Part shown: positions 1 to 11,437 of the stretch, piece after piece
Layout: each line of letters starts with the position of its first letter
Numbering within the stretch: the stretch's first letter is position 1
Origin: Gordius albopunctatus
Lineage: Eukaryota
NCBI GenBank assembly: GCA_964276515.1
Contig: OZ193909.1
Coordinates: 4,092,001 to 4,156,000 of the forward strand
Reading direction: 5' to 3'
Length of the DNA stretch: 64,000 nucleotides
Made by a program: the position numbers and the translations under genes
Notes under the pieces: model-generated
Told to the model about the DNA's origin: nothing
Databases searched by the model: none
The model's input: only the letters and a program-made list of their open reading frames with translations

Positions 1-1941
1 TGAGCGAATACCAAGGCCACCGGATTTTGTGGGAAGTGTGGCTTGAAGCCAAGTATTGGTGTTAAAGGAAATATTTAAAATTGATTCAAGAGTGGATTTA
101 AAAAAGTTTTCATAGTCGTGTAAAACTTCTTTAAATAAAAAAGCTTGCGTGGAGCGGAAGCAGAATAAAATTTTGCTAATGTTGTAATAATTTTTTATAA
201 TATAAAAAGAATGATGAGATGGCATAGATTTAAAAATGTCTAATTTGGTTTTTAAAGAAGAGAGATTTTTGTCTAAAAAATTTTTAAGGCACTGGGGTCC
301 CCCGATAGGTGCGCCTAAAACATACAAATTGTCTTTTTTAATTTTGGCAAAGTCAAAAAAATTTGGGTGAATATTATCCAAGTCAGAATATATTTCACTT
401 TTAGAGGCGTTTAAACATAAGTTTAGAGTTGGGAAAAAAGCATGTATTACATCTAGTGCTTGGGCTAGGTTGTCAGGGGTTCCAACAAGAGTGGCGTCAT
501 CAAGATACCAGACATTAAGAGTAAGTTTACAGTGTTTGTTAATTTCGTTAATTAGGTGATTTATGGCCAAGCAGAATAAAGGGGGGCCTAGAGGATCGCC
601 TTGTTGGATCCCTTCTGCGGATTCGAGGAAGAATTCTCCAAATTTCAAAATCGAAGGGCATCCATAACTTAAAATGATGTAGTTGGTGTAGTGGGGAAAC
701 AGTTTGATAAATTCATTAATGAAAGCAGTGCGGCGAATGCTGTTGAAAGCATTTTTAAAATCCAATTTTAGAAAGGAGTCACCCGGTGGGAGGTGTTCCA
801 GGGCTAAGCGTGCGGCATGGGTAGCTATCTCACACCCTCTTTTGACCCCAAAGCCTAGTTGATGCGGAATTAAAATTGGGATCAATATTGGTTTGATCGC
901 CGAGCAAATTAATTTAGAAATAATTCTTCGAAAAACACCGCAGATAGCGATAGGCCTGGCTGAATTGTCGGCCTTCCTAATAGCTAAAAGCTTAGCTCCA
1001 AAGACTATGGGCGTTATTTCTTTAGGTATACTCCCATTGACTAAAAGGTTACAAAATTCGGTGAATAAGTCTAATAAGTTCGAGGAGTTATTATTATCAA
1101 GTGTTATAAGATCTTTTAAAAAAATTGGTTTTATGCCGTCGAGACCACTTGCAGAATCCATGGGAAAGGATAAGATGGCATCTCGAATTTCTGGTGACTT
1201 AAAAGCAATATCTGAAGGTTGCGAGGGCGATAGGTAAGTAGACGATAGACTCTGGGGGTGTTTGAGAACTATTTCTTCGTATGATTTTTGTGAAGGACTC
1301 AAAAATGAATTGTCTTCCTCAAGAAATCTGATTGCACCTTTTATGTTGAAAGCGTGGATTTTTCTAGAGATCATATTCGCTTTTTGTTTGGGGGTTAATA
1401 TGTGGGATTCCTTTCTCTCAATGTTATATGCTGGAGGGCTGTTTTGACTGTCGAACTTTAAAACTGATTGTTTAATATTATGAGTGATATTTGCTTCTTT
1501 GTCTTGAGGAATGGATAAAATGTAAAAAGAGAATTTAAATAGTTTCTCCCAATAGGAAAAGTTCTGAGGGAGGGAAATAATATTGTTAAGTAAGTTTATT
1601 AAAAACTGTTGCATGCACGCCCGGGCCCCCCTTGGAATTCTGGATATGGTTGGTGGGAATGTTTGAGATAAAAAGGCTGTACTCCATGTCATGTCATTTT
1701 TTTCATTCGTGGTATAGTAGGTTTGATGAGGTATTAGATTATGAATATCAGTACCAGAGGGACTGAGAATAATGTTATCTTCCAATATTAAGGTTAATGG
1801 TGGACATGTAGTGTTTCGGGGAGCGAGCTTCCCCGAGGAGGGGCATTTATTGGTGACAGGGCCATGTTGTAAAAAACAATTCTTTTTGTTTAATGAGATA
1901 TTTCTATGACACAAGGGGCATAGGGCTTTTAAAAGGACCAT
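1..1941 (-). mobile_element. CRE-clade-like (RLE-type) non-LTR retrotransposon ORF: N-terminal Zn finger plus reverse transcriptase; runs off the window start
   Basis: Minus-strand ATG at 1941 (MVLLKALCPLCHRN..H..C). The RT motif LNVWYLDDATLVG (~480-520) and QATLPTKSGGLGIRS (positions 1-45) are in the same frame; QQGDPLGPPLFCLAI is at ~565-610. Absent from the ORF track, probably because there is no stop inside the window. Confidence 0.85.
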
Positions 1942-1989
1942 TTAATATGTATATGAATTTTATCAGACAAAGAAAAGAATTTATTCATG

Positions 1990-2706
1990 TCAAAACTGAT
2001 GATTTATTGTAAGACTCTGAGTAATTATGAGTGGGAGGATAAAGGACAACCTTAAGGATAGAGTAAGTGGCATTGCAGTTGTTTTTAAAAAAAAATTTGT
2101 TACCTTGGTTAGATAAGTTATTTTGTATAAGATACTAGATTGCATATTGTAAATGTTGGTTGTAATTGTTAAAAAGTGCCTGATAAGATATTGTATATAA
2201 TTTTTAATTTTTGGGTATATAATTTTAGGTCTAGATATGTGCAAAAAAAAATAAACTATGGATGTTAATAAAATAGTGATAAGAGATGTATAAATGATTG
2301 AAATACTGTAAGTGGTTTCTAGGTTATTAAGTAGAGGGTTCAGTTTGCTTTGAATAGTAGTGATGATGTTAGAGAGAAAGATTGGGTGAGGTAATTGTTT
2401 GTTTTTTTGTGAAGAGTTTCTGAGTAAATTAATGTTTGCTTGGAATAGTAGGGATGAAGTTGAAAATAATGGGTGTGGTTGTGAGTCTTTCTCAGTAATT
2501 TGTTTGATTGTTGTTTGAATGTTTGGACTTCTTGATGTTGTCGAGCTGAAACTTTGGGGGATAGACACTTGCATGTGTTGGATGCAATGTGAATAGGAAT
2601 AGATGCCATAGTGGATAAAGTGGATTGATGGCAATTTTTTTATATTGGTTATATTGAATTGAATAGATTGGTTAAGTGATTTGAAGTGTAAATCTTTATG
2701 AGGCAA
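1990..2706 (-). CDS. Hypothetical 238-aa ORF with hydrophobic segments, directly upstream of the CRE-like ORF
   Basis: ORF track; it stops 49 nt before the CRE ATG on the same strand. Hydrophobic stretch ISIIYTSLITILLTSIVYFFL. No recognised domain; TTG start. Confidence 0.3.
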   Translation of the reverse strand: MPHKDLHFKSLNQSIQFNITNIKKLPSIHFIHYGIYSYSHCIQHMQVSIPQSFSSTTSRSPNIQTTIKQITEKDSQPHPLFSTSSLLFQANINLLRNSSQKNKQLPHPIFLSNIITTIQSKLNPLLNNLETTYSISIIYTSLITILLTSIVYFFLHISRPKIIYPKIKNYIQYLIRHFLTITTNIYNMQSSILYKITYLTKVTNFFLKTTAMPLTLSLRLSFILPLIITQSLTINHQF

Positions 2707-3179
2707 ATGTAGTATGTCTTAATTTGGAATAATTGGATAGATATTAAGGGATTTATGGATTGTTATATAAAGTTGTAAGAAGAATATGGTTTAGATCCAA
2801 ACTTGCACCATACCAAAAATTAAGGTCCATACATATTTCTAACGCTCTTAAATTTGTAGCAATAGCAATATAAAATATATGTTTTGTCATATCTATGCTA
2901 ACTTGTTAGTATTTATCTCAATATTTGTAGTGTAACAATTGACGACGTCAAGTATTGTAGCCATTGAATGATAATTAATACAATTCCCATTACACTTTTG
3001 TATTTCAAGAGGTTAAAAAGTCCTATGTATTTAATTTTGGGCCCTACGTTAAGTCTGATAAATAATCCTTACTTTTCTGGACAAAAACTTTAAACCGCAT
3101 CAAACTTCTTGATTTAAATTTAATCTGTATGCAACTTTTCTTAAAAATATTGACAAATAAACTTATTTATAAATGTTTA

Positions 3180-6040
3180 ATTTATTCAACAATTTACATC
3201 CGGAATTTATCCTTGCTTGGATTTTTTATCCATTCCATCATCCGTTTGAAGTTTTGATCCTAAATATTTGAAGGAATCCACGCTTGTAAGTTGCCAATCG
3301 CCTAAACTAAGGGATGCACTTCGCTGATTTTCATCCGATTTAAACTTTGTCTTCATGTATTCTGTTTTTTTTTCTAGTTACCCTGAGACCACTTTCTTCT
3401 ATTGCATTTATCCATCTATTTACAGTGTTAGCCAATTCTTGTTCGCTTTTGGCACATAGGATTATATCGTCTGCAAAGATCATTGCCCATGGAGCTTCCT
3501 CGCCCAAATCCTTGGTAATATTATCCATTATCATTATGAATAGGAAGAGACTAAGAGCTGAACCTTGATGAACTCCAGTGTTGATGGCAAAGCCTTTTGT
3601 AGTCCCAACCGTTGTTCTAACGTACGTTCTATTTCCCTTGTACATATATTTTATTGCTCTGACGTATACTTGTGGCACATTGTTTTCTTCAAGACATTTC
3701 CAAACTAAATTACGAGGAACTTTATCAAAAGCTTTTTCAAGATCGATGAAACACATGTGGAAATCCTCTTCCCTTTCTTTAAACCGTTCCATTAATCTTC
3801 TAACAGTGTTTAGGGCGTCTGCTGTAGACCTCTCCGGCATAAATCCGAATTGGTTATCTCGAATTTGAACCAAACTCCGAAGCCGTTTTTCTATCACTTT
3901 CTCCCACACCTTGAAAGTGTGGCTCATAAGCTTTATCCCTCTGTAATTGTTGCAATCCTGAATGTCCCCTTCTACTTGTATATCGGGATCATGTAGCTAT
4001 CCCTCCACTCGTTAGGCATTACACCCGTTTTCAAGATATTGTTGAAAAGGTTGGCGAGGAATTGTGTACCAGTATTGCCTAACGCTTTGAAGCCTTCAAT
4101 CGGTATATTGCCGGGTCCAAGAGCTTTTCTTAACTTTAGTTTACTCATAGCAACTTTCACTTCCGTTTCCGTGATCCAGTCCGTTGTGTTTAATTCTCCT
4201 ATTGTATTTTCCTGGTTAGTGTCTTCGACTACAGGCCCCTTTTCAATTGATAAATCGCTATAATAGTCGTACCATCTTTGTAGTATATGGCTATCATGTG
4301 TTAGTATTTCTCCCTTTTGACCCTTAATTAGCCGGCATTCTAGGTAATCTTTAGAATTTCGGGCCCTTGACTTTGCGATTTTGTAGATCAATCTTTCTCC
4401 TTCCTTTGAGTTTAGTTTTACATTTATATCGTCGTACACCTTGTTTTTAGCTTTGGCTACGAATTTTTTAGCCGATCTTTTAGCTACTTGGTAAGCTTGC
4501 TTATCATCACTATCCTTACTTTTATACCAAACTTTGTACAATCTCTTCTTTTCCTTGATACATTTTTGCACTTCTTCATTCCACCACCACGTTTCGTTGA
4601 GAATTATTTTAGTGGGCTTGCTTTCACCTAGTATTTGTCGTCCCGCTTTTCGCATTGTGGCAGCTATACCATTCCATTGATTCTCACATGAAGTATTTTC
4701 CTTAAATTCAGCAAGTTTAATTACTTGTTCCTGAAAATGTTGAATATTATCCTTTAGTTTCCCCCATTGTATAGTAGCGGCTACTCTTTAAACTTTTTGC
4801 TATTTAAGGCCCTTTAATATAAAGTCCATCACCAACAGCTTGTGTTGGCAGGTCAATATTTCACTCGGTATTACCTTAACATTTTGAACATACTTTAAGT
4901 GCGCTCTGTTGACTAGAAAGAAATCTATCTGAGTGATACGGCTGCCGCCTTTGAACGTTATAAGATGTTCCTGCCTCTTTTTGAAGAAGGTATTTCCTAT
5001 TTCTAGGTCAAAAGCTTGAGCAATTTCTAGAATTTCCGTACCTCCTTCATTTCTTAGGCCGTAACCCCGACCACCGTGATTTCTTTCAAATCCTCTCTTT
5101 AATTTACCCACGTGTCCATTGAGATCCGCTCCGATAATTATTAGTCCCTCTTTACCGAATTAGGATAGAACATCTTCAAGCTCCTTCCAAAAACACTCTT
5201 TTTCCGTCTGAGAGCATCCACTTTGAGGGGCGTATGCTGATATAACGTTTATCGTAGTATATTTATAACAAAGCTGTATCGCCATAATTCTGTCATTGAT
5301 TCTCTTAACGTCGGCGATAGTTTGCTGAAATTCTTCCGATGGCACTATACCGACGCCATTCTGGTGAGTTTCTGTACCGTAAAAATATAATTTGTATCCG
5401 TCCCCTATTTATTTTGCTTTTTGGCCCTTACATTTGGTCTCTTGTATACATGCGATATCGATTTTTCTCATCCTTAGAACATCTGCCAATTCTCCGCTCT
5501 TGCTAGTCATTGCTCCAATATTCCATGACCCAAACTTTATCCTACGCAAACTATCTTTAACCGCTTCCGTTTGTTGAGAGAGCGGTAGCCTTCGTTTATT
5601 TCCTACACATTCCAGGCGAATAATGCGCGCGTCGCTTAAGGGCAACGCCCTATGGTTTTCATTCTGCGTCTTTGTTGTAGTAAACATTTTGGTTTATATG
5701 GAATGAGGGAGTATTGATATCCCGGGCTTCCAAGCCTGACGGAACTATGTTAGATTTTGGTGCTTGACTACCTACTATTCTTTATGATGCAGCCATTTTG
5801 GTGAATTAAACTTTTCTTTCGACCACTCGTATTGATAGGCTTAATCTTGCACTTCAATTTCACAAAGTACTCCCTCAAAAAGCCTAGAAATTTTAGTCTG
5901 ACCCTTCACCAAGAACCTTGCCAATAGGGTGACCCCACCAGTAACAAACATAAAAATTGTGTTTGGCTACCAAAGGTATAGCTTCTTGGATCACGAGAGT
6001 ACACAAGCTCAACCACTCTGACAAGGTATTTCTGGCTCGG
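3180..6040 (-). mobile_element. RTE-clade LINE (APE endonuclease plus RT), disrupted
   Basis: GSWNIG..IACIQETK, ISAYAPQ, QIDFFL (APE); QFGFMPERST, FIDLEKAFD, GVHQGSALS, FADD (RT), spread over several frames. An RTE-type 5' UTR lies at ~5690-6040. Confidence 0.92.
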
Positions 6041-6291
6041 TTGAGTACTTTATTAATTAATAAGTTATAAAATGTTTATTAAATAATATGTAAATCTTTT
6101 TAATCTTTTTAAAGCAAATTATAAAATAACTTACAACGTAGCACCTATTTTTAGAGTCGTCCCTAAAGTTCTTCAGACTAAACCAATATTAAATAATAGT
6201 AACTCTAACGATGGACCTAGTGATTTAATAATTAAGGAAAAATGTTTAATATAAATAACATATAATGGAATCCTATAATTATTATGTACAT

Positions 6292-6540
6292 TGTTGTAGT
6301 TGTGGCTTAATGCTTACGCAAATGAGCTAGAAAGCATAGCGTATCTTGCCAACTAAAATTAGTTACGTGAATAATGGGCACTAATGATAACCAGACGAAT
6401 ATGTAAAAAGCAGGCCTCAAATTAGTGGAGATGTGCAGTACATCGAACTGTCGGGAGGCATCCCTCATGCAAATGAGAAGAGCATCGTCAAGGTTTAAAT
6501 AGCGAGAATTGGACCATGATATAATATGTTATTTAATTTG
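6292..6540 (+). repeat. Dispersed repeat, probable solo-LTR family (copy 1)
   Basis: Starts TGTTGTAG. Aligns with the reverse complement of 50440-50688 and partly with 19700-19860 (gatgtgcagtacatc, ggcatccctcatgcaaat, aaggtttaaatagc). Distal boundary not defined. Confidence 0.6.
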
Positions 6541-7822
6541 TTATTTTAGTCCGGCGGGAGTAGATATTTAGTTTTCTAATCGGGACACATTAGTCCTGCG
6601 GGAGGATATGTTCATTTCTTATTTTAGACATACGGTCCAGCGGCAATTATCTAACAAGAGCCAGACGTTCCTTAATCCGATTCCTTCCTTTGCCCGTATA
6701 CGTTACCCATTCCAGACTATGGATTGTACAGATTAATTTCTCCGGCCATCGTTCAACATTTACCTTATCCGATCGATATATTATATTTTATTTATTTACT
6801 ACGACAAGTGTACATATTATAAATATTTGTAAATAAAAGGATTTGCGGACCATATTAATATGATATAGAATTTTTGATATAATGTTACTTATATACTTAT
6901 AAAGTAAAAATAATGTTCTAATTAATTAAAAAAATAATTCAGCACGTAAATTTCTAGCAATTTCCAGTCTTAATAAAAAAGAATGGGAAGGAAAGAGCAA
7001 AGGAATAAGCTTCCGTAATTTTAAATATTTTGCCAATGATTTTGACATTTCCAGGTTCTCGGCGAAAGTGAGGATTGTTTTGGTAAGACGGGCGAAAGGA
7101 TTGGAACAAGTGAAGTATTAAGCCAAATAGAGTCCGTTTTGCCGAAGATCTAGTATCCGGTCATCAATTGTATCGCTATCTTTGCATAGAATGAGTTCCA
7201 TAGAGAAAGAAACCTGCCTAATTTGTTTAAAGCTGCGGGGCGTAGGTACCGGTAAAATTATTTTTCATTTAAATTAAATTTAAAGAAATAACTTTCAATA
7301 AAGAGAGTAAACCAAAAAGAATATAAAAGATGCAATGCATATTTTTCAAATTGTAATCATTTGTAAAAAAAGAAAGAACTAACACGCCAGTTCGTTTTAT
7401 CATCATGGCATTTATGTACAGTGACAAAGAAATATAGAAATACTTCAAAATAAAAGAATGCTTGCTTAATATTGTAATTTAAATTATATAGTTAATTGAG
7501 TTTTCACGGTGATTTAGTCTTCTTTGCATAATGACATTCTGAAATCACAGGTGCAATTACCCCACACATCTTTGCGAAATGGTTTGTATATAGGTGCGCG
7601 CTTTTAATTACTATTTGATATGTTTATGATATGTTAAAAGAGATCTCTTAAAGATCAAAAGCTTTATTGGATGTTATGGGCCAAGAGGCCCACCATCTGC
7701 ACATACTCTTGTTAGACATAGACTCTTAGAAAAAAAATATATATATAACGAGGGGGGAAGGGGAGGAATGGAAGGGAAGTGAAGGAGGGAAGGGGTGGGC
7801 AAAACTCATCTATACTCCGTAT

Positions 7823-7923
7823 TATACTAACTCACATATATGTTTTAAATCAAAAACCAATTATATATTTTGATCCACATGGTATATATAAAACTGATAT
7901 TACAAATTACGCTATATATTATA
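7823..7923 (-). repeat. 3' LTR of Gypsy 7823-18133
   Basis: Near-identical to 18035-18133; preceded by a polypurine tract on the minus strand. Confidence 0.9.
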
Positions 7924-8140
7924 TTTCTCCCTATTTTAAATGTGAAATTCATCGTAGAACCGTACAGGTGGTTTTGCAGTTATAGTCGATCGTCTTAACG
8001 TAATCGGACTTGCAACTTTTTCACCATTCGTTTCCACACTAGTATCGTTAGTTTCGACAAACTGGGATTGCATCCTAAATTTTAACTGATCCGCGTGTTT
8101 CCTTTTAATTCCTTTATCAGACCCGAACATTATATGAATA

Positions 8141-11100
8141 CTAACTGACCCGTACCCTGGTGTATTCGCAGAGTATATCATCTTATAGATAAATTTCAAT
8201 AGATTAACAATATATCAAATATAATTGATAAGTCTTTATTATGCAAAATTTTTAAACAAATAGTTAAAGAGGGCCCAAGGCCCACCCTAAGAGAAAACCT
8301 GGCCCCATGGGCCCCTTCCCCCAAGGGAAAAATCTTTGGCCCCCTGGCCCTTCAAGCAATTTTTTTAAATTTTTTGTAATTAAGAAACAATATCATAATT
8401 ATAATTATTTGTTTCTTAATAAAACTTTTAACTCTGAACTTAATAATGTCCGAAGGACTGAGATATATCAACATTTATCGGCACTTTGTTAGAAGTATTT
8501 TCATTTTTCTCCTTATTTAACGCGCAAAAAATGACAAAATTAGATTTTTTAATTTATTGAATCATATTTTTGGTGACAATATCAAATAATAATTGATCAG
8601 TAGAAGGATTTGGTATTTCTGCGGATACTATACTATCTATGTCTTCTGGGCGTATTTTGTCAATGAACCAAATCAAAATATGTGCATGAGGTAATCCACG
8701 CTTTTGCCACTCCACCAAATACATCCAAAAACGTGCGGGGCCAAATATGTGTAATTTTGTAATAAAGTTAACAAAAGACCTTAATTTTTGTTTAAACACA
8801 CTGGTTATTATGTCATGATGATGTATTGAATTTTGTCCTGGTAAGAGTAACGATGTAATTTCCTGCCATTTTGGGTTACATGTAAAGATGATAAATAAAC
8901 ATGGTCGTCCGTATTCGCGTACGTAAGGCATGGCATCCTGTATGTATTCTTGCATGTGACGCGGACTACCTACGTACGATGATGGTAAAATAATGGAGCT
9001 ACCAATTTCGGCAGCGTCAGCGTTGGTAGCGATAGCGTCTCGCAGGTGGATGTATTCTTCAGCACGTAGCTTTTTCTGATTATAACGTAAGAAGCGTAAG
9101 CGCTCGCTCTCAATCTTCACATACATATCCACAATCAACTGATGGCAAAGCTCTCGACAGCCTAGAATGATGTTGTCTTCACCGTTTCTAATCATCAAAC
9201 GATAGGCATAATAATCCATCGAGCTCACTTTTTTGCTTGTTTCAGCTCCTGTGATATGATACATACAAAAAAATTAAAAATGAGTAGTCATGTTTTATGT
9301 TCTATAAAATACCATTTCGGGGATCCCGTTGTTTAATGTTTATAAAATAACCGTCTTACCCCTTCCAAAAAATGAGCGGATATTGGAGAGCGTCATAGGA
9401 ACGGTGGGTATCAGGAATGAACTGTAGATTATCATCTCTTTTTCGAATCACGATTTGGCGCGAAGCTGTACGGTCGCCAATCATGATTCCAGCAACATCG
9501 TCAACAACAGGTGCATTAAATATCAGGATAGATGACAATAGCGTGTTTGTCACTTATTAATTTGGGCATGTGTGCTTTAAATAATTTTAACAATTCATTG
9601 TGCTCAGTCAAAAGAACGTCCATATCGCTGACGATACGCCTGGCAAAAGGTGAATTAATGTGATTGTAGCCGCAACGTGCATCTACGCGATTGGCTAGTG
9701 CGCGTTCAGAGTCCTCACCACCCATAAAGTAAATTTGTAAAAATTTACAGGAACCGTTTGGCATTGGCAGCAGTGAGCCAACTTTGTGAAAAACTTGGCC
9801 TTTAATTTTGAACGTTGAATTAAATAGCTGACCGTTTCCAGCATCAGTTTTAACTATTTCTGTTGCTCCGAACGATGTCATTTGGAAGCATGAATTAAAT
9901 GTGCGAATTGACTTTAGGAATAGGCTAGAATCAGGATCCGTGCCAATTAGTAAGCCGTGCAATGGTTCAGGTGGTGCTTCAATTGACGTTAGTTGTACTT
10001 TTCCTGATGCGCAACACATCCCTGGTGCCTCATTTTTAAATTTAAGTGCATGACAATGTGGACATTCCTTGTCTATAGTACCAATGACTAATAATTGCAA
10101 GTTTAATCGTTATTTTCACAATCATCCCAGAATAAATATATTTTCTGACCAAATAAATCAATCTCATTTGATTTTGCTATAGATAATTTAAATAAAAATA
10201 TATTCTTAATTTTTATTTATGTGCATTCAGTCTTGAATTTAGATTAAACTCTAAAAATTAAATATTATTTTAATTACATATCATAAATGCGCATGAACTG
10301 GCATCCTAACTATAAATCAATCTCATTTGATTTTGCTATAGATGACTTAAAAACTTAAATAATGATGGTACAAATTCAGAAGAGTTATAATTAGTAAATA
10401 AAAATATATTCTTAAATATGGTCTATTTGTGTTTTAAACATATCTTAAAATAAAATATGAAAATTATAACTAATGACCCTACAATAACAATAAGATTAAC
10501 AATTTATTGATACCTGATATTAATCAAAAGGTTGTTGAGATCCTATGAATTGTTTGGAGTATTGGAAGAAGGTGGATTTGCGAGGTTGTTGAGACCACCT
10601 TCTTCCAATACTCCAAACAATTCATAGGATCTCAACAAACTATGAATTGTTTGGAGTATTGGAAGAAGGTGGATTTGCGAGGTTGTTGAGACCACCTTCT
10701 TCCAATACTCCAAACAATTCATAGGATCTCAACAAACTATGAATTGTTTGGAGTATTGGAAGAAGGTGGATTTGCGAGGTTGTTGAGATCTTATGAATTG
10801 TTTAGAGTATTGGAAGAAGGTGGACGTAATGACCCTACAATAACAATAAGATTAACAATTTATTGATACCTGATATTAATCAAAAGGTTGTTAAGATCCT
10901 ATGAATTGTTTGGAGTATTGGAAGAAGGTGGATTTGCGAGGTTGTTGAGATCCTATGAATTGTACCCTACAATAACAATAAGATTAACAATTTATTGATA
11001 CCTGATATTATTCAAAAGGTTGTTGAGATCCTATGAATTGTTTGGAGTATTGGAAGAAGGTGGACGTAATGACCCTACAATATAACAATAAGATTAACAA

Positions 11101-11437
11101 TTTATTGATACCTGATATTATTCAAAAGGTTGTTGAGATCCTATGAATTGTTTGGAGTATTGGAAGAAGGTGGATTTGCGGAAGAATACATTCACAACAC
11201 AATAGATACGCAGTATACGTCATGAGGTGGCGTTTAAGTGACATTTTAGTAAACGTCAAAACGTCTGAAACTAAATAACATGACCGTCTTGTGACTTAGA
11301 AATTTGGAATATAGTTAAAAACCTAAGCTCAGACCTACCAAGCATTCGCATAAATTTCATTTCCATCTAAATCGGTCCAGCCGTTTCGGAATAATTTTAC
11401 CACCCACACCGTGACACGTGAATTTTATATATATAGT
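8141..11437 (-). mobile_element. Helitron (Rep portion, internally deleted) inserted in the Gypsy integrase
   Basis: Rep-region motifs CCASGKV, IILPSSYVGSPRHM, FTCNPKW, EWQKRGLPHAHIL (8554-10100). 5' end CTATATATATAAAA..CCGAAACGGCTGGACCGATT at ~11437; 3' end ..GGGTACGGGTCAGTTAG at ~8141. The Gypsy integrase sequence (GP|YSYNV) resumes across the insertion. Confidence 0.85.
10472..11180. repeat. Complex minisatellite with internal inversions, inside the Helitron
   Basis: A ~57-bp unit (aatgaccctacaataacaataag..) and a ~46-bp unit (ggttgttgagatcctatgaattgtttggagtattggaagaaggtgg) are reiterated, with reverse-complement copies of the 46-bp unit at ~10594-10637 and ~10692-10735. Confidence 0.9.

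Noticed and set aside
893..1447. Plus-strand ORFs of 114 and 61 aa (and similar antisense ORFs over the RTE and Gypsy genes)
   Set aside because: Antisense shadows of retroelement coding sequence.
7000..7260. Possible tyrosine-recombinase (DIRS-like) remnant on the minus strand
   Set aside because: Only a weak THSM-like word; there is no open frame or supporting motif.
10472..11180. CRISPR-like repeat array
   Set aside because: The intervening segments are themselves repeats, not unique spacers; there are no cas genes; the array lies inside a eukaryotic Helitron.
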